A stretch of 55,775 bases of DNA, from positions 1 through 55,775 of the forward strand of contig JAFTZI010000061.1 of assembly GCA_017461055.1 (NCBI GenBank), read 5' to 3'. The DNA comes from Clostridia bacterium (GTDB lineage Bacteria > Bacillota > Clostridia > Oscillospirales > CAG-272). Positions within the stretch are counted from its first letter, which is position 1, and every line of letters begins with the position of its first letter. Below the pieces are notes generated by a model. That model had not been told where the DNA came from and did no database searches. It saw only the letters and a program-made list of their open reading frames with translations. Shown one piece after another: positions 7,934 to 15,047 of the stretch. The translations under genes and the position numbers were made by a program.

Positions 7934-10346
7934 ATTTAAAAAGCTACCCATAGAGAAAAATAATGAATGTCTTGACCTTGTGTGGCAGGTTTTTTGCGAG
8001 GCTGAGGCTTCTGTTTTTACAAGCGAGGGCATTTTAGAATATAAGAAAACAATAGACGAAACAAGAGAGCTGAATAACATTACCTTTTACGGTGCTATGG
8101 ATGGCGAGAGAGTTGTTGGCGTTCTCGGAATGAGAGAAAATAATCATATCGGTTATTTCTACATATCATCAAGCTATCAAAGACAGGGAATCGGCAAAGC
8201 TCTTTTTAAGCTGATGAAGAGCGACTATGAAAATAAGGTATTTACAGTAAATGCAATGCCAACAGGTGTTAATGCTTACTCCCGCTTGGGCTTTGAGCAA
8301 ACAGGGGCACTCGTTAATAACAACGGAGTAATTTCCACACCTATGAAATACAGGGAAAAAAGCATACTTAAAAGAAACGGAAATGCTCTTGAAAGGCACT
8401 ATAACTCCGAGCTTTTAAGAATAGAGCCTTGGGGAGAAAACGGATTAAGAGTCCGCGCCACTCCCGATTCGGTCTTGACAGGCAAGAACAGAGCCTTAAT
8501 CGAGCAAGCGCAAACAGAGCCCGTAATTTACATAGATGAAAACGAGGGCTACATTGTAAACGGTAACGCAAAGGCAACCGTTGACCGAAACGGTAAGGTT
8601 ACAATATATAACCAAATGGGCAAAATTATGCTTGAGGAGTCTTTAGAGCTTCAGCCCTTAAAGCGCCCTGCAAGATTTTTTAAGCCTCGCTTGTGCGGCT
8701 CATATGAATTAACAATGACCTTTAAATCAGCACCTAACGAAAGAATATTCGGTATGGGTCAATATCAACAGCCGTTTTTGAATGTAAAGGGCTGTACCCT
8801 TGAGCTATCTCACAGAAACTCACAGGCAAGCGTGCCCTTTTATATTTCGGATTTGGGCTATGGCTTCCTTTGGAATTTGCCTGCCATCGGTGAGGTTATG
8901 TTTGGCAAAAACCTTACAAAATGGAAGGCTATGGCATCAAGCGAGCTTGACTATTTAATTATTGTCGACGATACTCCCAAGCTTATTGAGGAAAAGTATA
9001 TGGAGTGTGTCGGTAAAGCGCCTAAAATGCCCGAATTTGCCCTTGGCTTTTGGCAGTCTAAGCTTCGCTATCGCACCCAAGAGGAGCTTTTAAGCGTCGC
9101 AAGAAAGTATAAGGAATTAAATATTCCCGTGTCAGTTATAGTGTGCGACTTTTTCCATTGGCCGCACCAGGGAGATTTCCGTTTTGACTATGACTATTTC
9201 CCCAGCCCCGAGGAAATGACAAGGGAGCTTAAGGAAATGGGCACAGAGCTTATGGTATCCGTTTGGCCAACAATTGAGTTCGGCAGCGAGAATTATGGGG
9301 AAATGCTTGAAAAGGGTCTGCTTATAAGAAATGACAGAGGCCCGTCTAACCACACCGAATTTGTTCACCCATCGGTATATTATGATGCAACAAATCCCGA
9401 GGCAAGAAAATTTGTGTGGGACACAGTTAAAAAGAATTATTACGACAAGGGTATACGCCTTTTCTGGCTTGACGAGGCAGAGCCCGAATACCTTCTTTAC
9501 GACTACGACAACCATAGATATTATGCGGGTATGTGCGCAGAGGTAGGAAATGTTTACCCTGTGGACTATGCAAGAGGCTTTTATGAGGGCCTTAAGGAAG
9601 TGGGAGAAGAGGAAATAATCAGCCTGGTAAGATGTGCTTGGGCAGGAAGTGCAAAATATGGCGCGCTTGTTTGGTCAGGCGATATTATGCCAACCTTTGA
9701 TGCGCTAAAATCTCAGGTAAGAGCAGGACTTAATATGGCAATTGCGGGTATTCCCTGGTGGACTACCGATATTGGCGGCTTTGATTATGGGGACCCGAGC
9801 AGTGATGAATACAGAGAGCTTGTAATGCGTTGGTTTGAGTATGCAACCTTCTGTCCTGTTTTGCGTCTGCACGGTTATCGCGCGCCTTATATTCCTGCTG
9901 AGCCAAATGCCACAGGCGGCGGTCAATGCTACACAGGCGGAGATAATGAAATTTGGAGCTACGGTGAAAAGGCATTTGAAATATGCAAGGACCACATTTT
10001 CCTTCGTGAAAGGCTAAAGCCATACATTATGGAGCAAATGGACATAGCGCACAAGGATGGCACACCCCCTATGCGCCCACTGTTCTATGATTATTCATAC
10101 GATAAGGCAGTATGGGATATAGAGGATGAATTTATGTTCGGTCCCGACCTTTTGGTTTGTCCTGTTACCGAGCTTGGACAAAGAGAAAGAGAGGTATATT
10201 TCCCTGAAGGCGAAATTTGGGTTGACCCATATACCTTTAAGGAATATATTGGCGGAGTTTCGTTAATTGTTGATGCTCCATTGGAAAGAATACCCGTCTT
10301 TGTACGTAAGGACAAGGGCTTTGATATGAAGGTGTTTAAAAAATAA
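7917..10346 (+). CDS. Fusion: N-terminal GNAT acetyltransferase plus GH31 alpha-xylosidase-like glycoside hydrolase (start may be 7926)
   Basis: First ~145 aa have the acetyl-CoA motif YQRQGIGKALF and AYSRLGFE; remainder has FWQSKLRY, nucleophile WLDEAEPE, acid/base WSGDI, TDIGGF, LRLHG. Confidence 0.85.
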   Translation: MKIMIEFKKLPIEKNNECLDLVWQVFCEAEASVFTSEGILEYKKTIDETRELNNITFYGAMDGERVVGVLGMRENNHIGYFYISSSYQRQGIGKALFKLMKSDYENKVFTVNAMPTGVNAYSRLGFEQTGALVNNNGVISTPMKYREKSILKRNGNALERHYNSELLRIEPWGENGLRVRATPDSVLTGKNRALIEQAQTEPVIYIDENEGYIVNGNAKATVDRNGKVTIYNQMGKIMLEESLELQPLKRPARFFKPRLCGSYELTMTFKSAPNERIFGMGQYQQPFLNVKGCTLELSHRNSQASVPFYISDLGYGFLWNLPAIGEVMFGKNLTKWKAMASSELDYLIIVDDTPKLIEEKYMECVGKAPKMPEFALGFWQSKLRYRTQEELLSVARKYKELNIPVSVIVCDFFHWPHQGDFRFDYDYFPSPEEMTRELKEMGTELMVSVWPTIEFGSENYGEMLEKGLLIRNDRGPSNHTEFVHPSVYYDATNPEARKFVWDTVKKNYYDKGIRLFWLDEAEPEYLLYDYDNHRYYAGMCAEVGNVYPVDYARGFYEGLKEVGEEEIISLVRCAWAGSAKYGALVWSGDIMPTFDALKSQVRAGLNMAIAGIPWWTTDIGGFDYGDPSSDEYRELVMRWFEYATFCPVLRLHGYRAPYIPAEPNATGGGQCYTGGDNEIWSYGEKAFEICKDHIFLRERLKPYIMEQMDIAHKDGTPPMRPLFYDYSYDKAVWDIEDEFMFGPDLLVCPVTELGQREREVYFPEGEIWVDPYTFKEYIGGVSLIVDAPLERIPVFVRKDKGFDMKVFKK

Positions 10347-11860
10347 TGGAGTATGCAGTAGTAGTTGTAGCGTCCATTTTGGCAGGCGTTGGCACAGGAC
10401 TTGTGGGTCTTAGCGCCGCTACTGCAATGGTACCGCTTATGATAGTTTTGTGCCCAACCTTTATGGGTGAGCACGGTGTTTATATGGCAACGGCAATAGC
10501 CTTGGCAAGTGATATTCTTGCCTCTGCTGTTACCTCTGCCACCTATGCAAAAAACAAAAATATTGATTTAAAGCGCGGTGGCATCTTCTTCGGCTGTATT
10601 GTGGTTATGAGTATTGTAGGCTCGGTAGTTGCTTACTTTACACACCCCGCAGTTCTTAGCGGATATTCACTTATTATGTGCGTTCTTATCGGTCTTAGAT
10701 TTGTGGTAATGCCGGAATCTAAGGAGAGGGTAAGAAAAACAAAGGATGCAGGACTTACAGGCTGGGAGCTGGCAGTTTCCATAGGCTTCGGTATTGGTGT
10801 TGGCTTCTGCACCGCCTTTTTCGGCTCGGGCGGAGGACTTATGATGCTTGTTGTTTTAACATCGCTTATGTCCTTTGAAAGAAAGGTTGCAGTAGGTACA
10901 TCAACCTTTATTATGACCTTTACAGCCTTGATAGCCGCAGTCAGCCACATTATCGTTGAGCCTAAGATAATTTTGGAATGCTGGGACTTTATGATAGTCG
11001 GCATTGTAACAACCACAGTATTTGCTCTTATAAGCGCAAGATTTGCAAACAGAGTAAGCGGTGAGGTAACAGGCTATGTAACGGGAGTTACCCTTTTCTT
11101 GCTCGGTCTTATACTTATAGTTCTTAACAATACAGATAAAATAGATGCTACATATTTCCTTGATTTTATAACTGTATTAATAGTGCTGGGAGCATATATA
11201 GGAGCTCTTTCCCTTATTTTCATTGTGCTTCGATACACAACAAAAATACCCGATTATATTTTCAGAAAGCTGATTCACGCAGTGGTATATACATCTATAA
11301 TACCAATGGCAATACTAACGGACAAGTGGATTGTTACAATTTTAGTTGCCCTTGTATTTTATGTGCTTGCTGTTTTTGGCTTTATGATAATAGAAAGATA
11401 CAATTTCTATAAAACGCTTTTTGTAGAAAAAACAAGGCAAAAGGTCGCCTTTGATTTTGCGCTTCTATATGGAATTATTGTAATTCTTTTGTTCATTTTC
11501 TGGGGACTTTTGGGAGATTCCTATAAGTATATTGCCATAACCTCAATTCTTGCTTGGGGCCCGGGAGATGCAATGGCAACCGTAATCGGCAAAAAATACG
11601 GTAAGCATAAGCTAAGAAGTAAGCTTATAGACGGAGAAAAAACAGTTGAGGGTACAACAGCTATGGCAATTGTATCATTTATATGCACCCTTGTGTGCTT
11701 GCTTGTATTTTCAAGCATAAGCTGGTACGTGTGCATAATGCTTGCCTTAATGGTTGCGCCTGTTGTGGCAGTAGCCGAGCTATATACACCCAAGGGCTTT
11801 GATGCCATAAGTGTTCCCGTAGCGGCGTGCCTGACCCTTTGTGTTTCAATATTTGTATAG
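10346..11860 (+). CDS. Fusion membrane protein: TauE/SafE-family exporter plus phytol/dolichol-kinase-like (CTP-dependent) domain
   Basis: N-half: AGVGTGLVGLSAA, GSGGGLMM, AVGTS (TauE-type repeats); C-half: RKLIH, GDAMATVIGKKYG, KTVEG, ELYTPKGFD. Confidence 0.75.
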   Translation: MEYAVVVVASILAGVGTGLVGLSAATAMVPLMIVLCPTFMGEHGVYMATAIALASDILASAVTSATYAKNKNIDLKRGGIFFGCIVVMSIVGSVVAYFTHPAVLSGYSLIMCVLIGLRFVVMPESKERVRKTKDAGLTGWELAVSIGFGIGVGFCTAFFGSGGGLMMLVVLTSLMSFERKVAVGTSTFIMTFTALIAAVSHIIVEPKIILECWDFMIVGIVTTTVFALISARFANRVSGEVTGYVTGVTLFLLGLILIVLNNTDKIDATYFLDFITVLIVLGAYIGALSLIFIVLRYTTKIPDYIFRKLIHAVVYTSIIPMAILTDKWIVTILVALVFYVLAVFGFMIIERYNFYKTLFVEKTRQKVAFDFALLYGIIVILLFIFWGLLGDSYKYIAITSILAWGPGDAMATVIGKKYGKHKLRSKLIDGEKTVEGTTAMAIVSFICTLVCLLVFSSISWYVCIMLALMVAPVVAVAELYTPKGFDAISVPVAACLTLCVSIFV

Positions 11861-11870
11861 TCTTTAAACT

Positions 11871-11904
11871 AACGGTTGGGAAAAATCACCTTTTCCCAAC
11901 CGTT
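11871..11904 (+). terminator. Inverted repeat: operon terminator and/or operator of the downstream XRE regulator
   Basis: AACGGTTGGGAAAA-atcacc-TTTTCCCAACCGTT, 14-bp stem, weak U-tract. Confidence 0.55.
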
Positions 11905-11910
11905 AATATG

Positions 11911-11939
11911 TAGACAAATTGTTAAAAATATGGTTTAAT
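11911..11939 (+). promoter_or_regulatory. sigmaA promoter of the XRE gene
   Basis: TAGACA-17 nt-TTTAAT with extended TGn. Confidence 0.55.
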
Positions 11940-11972
11940 ATAATTGCAAGGACTAAGCCGAAAGGAGAAAAA

Positions 11973-12716
11973 ATGAGAAATATATTTGCCGCTCAATTTA
12001 AGGAATACAGAAAAAAGCTGGATATTTCACAGGAGGAAATAGCTGAAAGGCTGAATGTAACCTCTCAGGCAGTATCTAAGTGGGAGTGCGAAAGATCCTA
12101 TCCCGATGTGGAAATGCTTGTAAACATTGCAAGCCTGTTTCAAATAAGCTTAGACGAGCTTATTTTGGGGAAAGCGGACTCTTGTGTTTCCAATATTCCT
12201 AATGATAATAAGCTAAGATTGGTGCTTTGCAGAGGCACAGAGGTAATAGATTCTAAGGAGACCGATGTCACTATGAGAATTATGCTTGATACAGAGTTCG
12301 AAAATATGGAAGTCCTTGGTAATGCTAACATTTATGGCGAGGTGAAAGGTAATATAAGTGCAGATGGCAGTGTAAATTGCGACTCTGTGCGTGGCAATGT
12401 AAGCGCGGGCACAAGCGTAAACTGTGACGAGGTTTTAGGAAACGTTACTGCGGGCGCAGGAGTTAACTGTGACGGAGTAGACGGTGATGTTAACGCCGGC
12501 ACAAATATAGTTTGTGATGATATAGGCGGAAATGTAAACTGCGGACTTACCATTCAATGTGATAACATTTCGGGCAGCGTTACCTGCGGAATGACTATCA
12601 CCTGCGACACCATTGACGGTGACATTTTAGAATGCAACGGAGATATTCACGTAAAAACCTTAAATGGCAAGGTTAACAAATGCGAAAAGACAGTTTATTT
12701 AAAGGACGACAAGTAG
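11973..12716 (+). CDS. XRE-family HTH regulator with a C-terminal Cys-containing 16-aa tandem repeat (beta-solenoid-like)
   Basis: ISQEEIAERLNVTSQAVSKWE..YPD HTH; repeats G(N/D)V-x-AG-x2-VNCD; AAGGAG RBS supports ATG 11973 rather than 11919. Confidence 0.85.
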   Translation: MRNIFAAQFKEYRKKLDISQEEIAERLNVTSQAVSKWECERSYPDVEMLVNIASLFQISLDELILGKADSCVSNIPNDNKLRLVLCRGTEVIDSKETDVTMRIMLDTEFENMEVLGNANIYGEVKGNISADGSVNCDSVRGNVSAGTSVNCDEVLGNVTAGAGVNCDGVDGDVNAGTNIVCDDIGGNVNCGLTIQCDNISGSVTCGMTITCDTIDGDILECNGDIHVKTLNGKVNKCEKTVYLKDDK

Positions 12717-12737
12717 CAAGACAACACAAGGTTGCCT

Positions 12738-12836
12738 TGCAGTGAAATCGAGGCTGTGCCTCGGTGAAATTCGCCCAAGGTCGAGTGAAATGTTGCAGAG
12801 ACGCAACGTGAAATTTTTGCTAAAGCAAAAGTGATA
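12738..12836 (+). repeat. GTGAAAT-linker/hairpin array (family D), copy 2
   Basis: GTGAAAT at 12742, 12764, 12785, 12808 and GTGATAA at 12831, each separated by a hairpin. Confidence 0.8.
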
Positions 12837-12854
12837 AGTAACAAACACAAAATT

Positions 12855-13276
12855 GTAGGGGTCGACGTCCCCGACGACCCGTTATTAATCACGAATTTAT
12901 TCGTGCATATCATCACGCAATTTTGCGTGTATATCATCAATGGGTTAAGCATTGTATATCATCAACACGTATGTGTTGTATATTCCTGTAGGGGTCAGAC
13001 CTTAGACGACCCGTTATCGATCACGCATTTTTGCGTGTATGGAATCACACTTTTGTGTGTATGGGCAAGTACCCGGAGACCCGTAAATGCTCTCTCCCTC
13101 CGTCTTGCTTACGCAATCCACCTCCCTCGTCAGATGGAGGCTTATGTAGGGGTCGACGTCCTCGACGACCCGTTATTAATCACGAATAAATTCGTGATTG
13201 ATTTTCGGGCGATTCGTGAATCGCCCCTACAAATTGGGTAACATTCACATCGTAGGGCGGTGGCTTGCTGCCGCCG
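12855..13276. repeat. Cluster of GTAG-type REP palindromes (family A)
   Basis: GTAGGGGTCGACGTCCCCGACGACCCG at 12855 with variants at 12988 and 13146, an inverted GTAG palindrome at 13206-13230, and GTAGGGCGGTGGC..GCCGCCG at 13252. Confidence 0.8.
12888..13064 (+). repeat. GTATATCATC-linker/hairpin arrays (family E)
   Basis: Linkers at 12905, 12929, 12954, 12978 (period 24-25) and 13037, 13059; every spacer is self-complementary. Confidence 0.75.
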
Positions 13277-13314
13277 AAATAACAAGGTACTACAAATTAA
13301 GTTTAACACATCAA

Positions 13315-13511
13315 TCAAGCCTTGCGCAAGACAAAGCAGATTCTTGCACAAGGCATACTGCGTAATCGGCAAGCCTCGGAATGACAGATTCGTTTTGCGT
13401 TTTCTCTATTGTTAAAAAGACGGACTCATTTTACATTTTCCCTGTTGTCATCCTGAGCGAAGCGAATGGATCTTTGTTAAGCTTGTCGTATGGGCGAGCA
13501 TTGGTCGTCCG
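13315..13511. repeat. GTCAT(C/T)CTGAG..GATCT palindromic repeat pair (family C) plus a degenerate GTAG REP
   Basis: Reverse-complement homolog of 48290-48385 with two insertions; GTATGGGCGAGCATTGGTCGTCCG at 13488. Confidence 0.75.
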
Positions 13512-13527
13512 TTTTTCTATGTACAAC

Positions 13528-13557
13528 AAAAAAGACCGTTTTGAAACGGTCTTTTTT
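13528..13557 (-). terminator. Intrinsic terminator of rplJL (bidirectional)
   Basis: AAAAAAGACCGTTT-tg-AAACGGTCTTTTTT. Confidence 0.85.
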
Positions 13558-13578
13558 ATATGTTGGCTTAAATTTAAA

Positions 13579-13950
13579 TTACTTAACCTCTGCCTTAGCG
13601 CCAGCGTCTGTAAGCTGCTTAGCGATATCGTTAGCCACATCCTTAGATACAGCCTCCTTGAGTGTCTTTGGAGCGCTCTCAACGAGTTCCTTTGCTTCCT
13701 TAAGACCAAGGCCTGTGATCTCACGAACAACCTTGATAACGTTGAGCTTAGAAGCGCCTGCCTCAACAAGTACAACGTCAAACTCTGTCTTCTCCTCAAC
13801 AGGAGCAGCTGCAACAGCAGCACCAGCAACTGCAACAGGAGCAGCGCTTACGCCAAATTCTTCTTCAACTGCCTTTACAAGGTCAGCAAGCTCAAGGATT
13901 GTAAGAGCTTTGATTTCTTCAACAATATTTGTAATCTTTTCGTTAGCCAT
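13579..13950 (-). CDS. rplL: 50S ribosomal protein L7/L12
   Basis: [39 protein letters not shown]. Confidence 0.98.
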   Translation of the reverse strand: MANEKITNIVEEIKALTILELADLVKAVEEEFGVSAAPVAVAGAAVAAAPVEEKTEFDVVLVEAGASKLNVIKVVREITGLGLKEAKELVESAPKTLKEAVSKDVANDIAKQLTDAGAKAEVK

Positions 13951-14045
13951 GATTAGTTATCCTCCGTATTAAAATAAATATAACTTTTTAAAATTTAGTG
14001 TTTACATTTTATAAGGCAATGTAATAGCCGTAAAATGCAGAATAA

Positions 14046-14555
14046 TTATTCTGCCTGAGCTTCGCCACCCTTGTCGATAACAGCCTGCAATGCACGAGCA
14101 AAGCCGGAGATAGGACCTTGGATAGAGCCCAAGAATCTTGCAAGAAGAACTTCTCTTGAAGGAATATCAGCAAGAGCCTTAACTGTATCTGCGTCAACAA
14201 CTGCGTTTTCAAGAAAACCGCCCTTGATTTCAAAGCTTTCAACCTTGTCAGCATATTCCTTAGCTATCTTAGCAGGAGCAACAGGATCATCATAACCGAT
14301 AGCGATAGCGGTCATACCGTTAAGCTCACTCTTCATAGCCTCGTAGCCAACCTCATCACAAGCACGACCGATAAGAGTATTCTTAATTACCATATAGTCG
14401 ACACCTGCTTTTCTGAAAGCAGCACGCATCTTTGTATCATTTTCAACTGTGATACCTTGATATTGAACAAGAACACCGCTCTGAGCCTTTTTGATTTTTT
14501 CAACAAGGTCAGCAACAATGGCTTTCTTTTGTTCGAGAACTGAATTACTTGGCAT
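14046..14555 (-). CDS. rplJ: 50S ribosomal protein L10
   Basis: YQGITV, VIKNTL, IKGG, LADIPSREVLLA; directly upstream of rplL. Confidence 0.97.
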   Translation of the reverse strand: MPSNSVLEQKKAIVADLVEKIKKAQSGVLVQYQGITVENDTKMRAAFRKAGVDYMVIKNTLIGRACDEVGYEAMKSELNGMTAIAIGYDDPVAPAKIAKEYADKVESFEIKGGFLENAVVDADTVKALADIPSREVLLARFLGSIQGPISGFARALQAVIDKGGEAQAE

Positions 14556-14579
14556 AAAACAACCTCCTTAGATATTTCC

Positions 14580-14712
14580 GTAAAACAAAAAGTCTTTTTT
14601 CGAATTTGCAAAAATGCGCGCCGAAAAAAGACTTAATTATCATATAAATAATATTAATTCTTCCTCGGCAGGGAGCATAAAGCAATTACTGAGACCTGCT
14701 GTCTTTGGATTT
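14580..14712 (-). promoter_or_regulatory. L10 leader (autoregulatory attenuator)
   Basis: Minus strand CCAAAGACAGCAGG..CCTGCCGAGG followed by terminator AAGTCTTTTTTCG..CGAAAAAAGACTT-TTTG upstream of rplJ. Confidence 0.85.
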
Positions 14713-14720
14713 GCCTTGAC

Positions 14721-14749
14721 ATTATAGCACACTAAATATGCCTTGTCAA
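14721..14749 (-). promoter_or_regulatory. sigmaA promoter of rplJL
   Basis: Perfect TTGACA-17 nt-TATAAT with extended TGn. Confidence 0.85.
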
Positions 14750-14808
14750 GTGTTTTTTTGAAAAAATAAAATAAAATTCACTCAACAATCCTATGCCATT
14801 CATAGCTA

Positions 14809-14838
14809 TTGACATTTTTGTTAAAGCTGTGATATAAT
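14809..14838 (+). promoter_or_regulatory. sigmaA promoter with no downstream annotated gene
   Basis: TTGACA (14809)-18 nt-TATAAT (14833) with extended TGn. Confidence 0.7.
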
Positions 14839-14844
14839 TATACC

Positions 14845-15006
14845 ATATTAAATATTTTGTGTTTATGTAAAGACAGATGAAGCAGTATATTACCTTGATA
14901 ATAATACCTCAGGTAAAACCTTAACAGGTATTAGCTACAAGGAATTAAACCCAAGCGTTGAATAATATTAAAAGCTATCGCAAGGCTTTCCAAGCGATAG
15001 CTTTTT
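14845..15006 (+). ncRNA. Candidate ~160-nt small RNA (unclassified)
   Basis: Bounded by a consensus promoter and its own terminator (AAAAGCTATCGC..GCGATAGCTTTTT, 14970-15006); nested stems CCTTG/CAAGG and TAATACCT/AGGTATTA. Confidence 0.5.
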
Positions 15007-15022
15007 ATATGCTCTGAATTAA

Positions 15023-15044
15023 AAGGGACTGCCAGCAGTCCCTT
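15023..15044 (-). terminator. Intrinsic terminator after the dnaC-like gene
   Basis: AAGGGACTGC..GCAGTCCCTT with T-run on the minus strand. Confidence 0.7.
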
Positions 15045-15047
15045 AAT

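Noticed and set aside
7917-11860. Sulfoquinovose (sulfolipid) catabolic module suggested by GH31 next to TauE
   Set aside because: The GH31 has xylosidase-type FWQSKLRY/WLDEAEP motifs, I see no YihQ-type sulfonate-binding RWY motif, and no sulfoglycolysis genes are in the window
12738-13064. CRISPR array
   Set aside because: Repeats are only 7-10 nt, spacers are 12-16 nt and palindromic, and no cas genes are present; reported as hairpin arrays instead
13381-14611. Antisense and alternative-frame ORFs over rplJL (and similar shadows over proA, the ATPases and rpsA)
   Set aside because: Shadow ORFs produced by codon bias of well-supported genes
14880-14945. Glycine riboswitch suggested by CTCAGGTAAAA
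   Set aside because: Lacks the GGAGA and CCGAAG core elements and has no downstream gene on that strand
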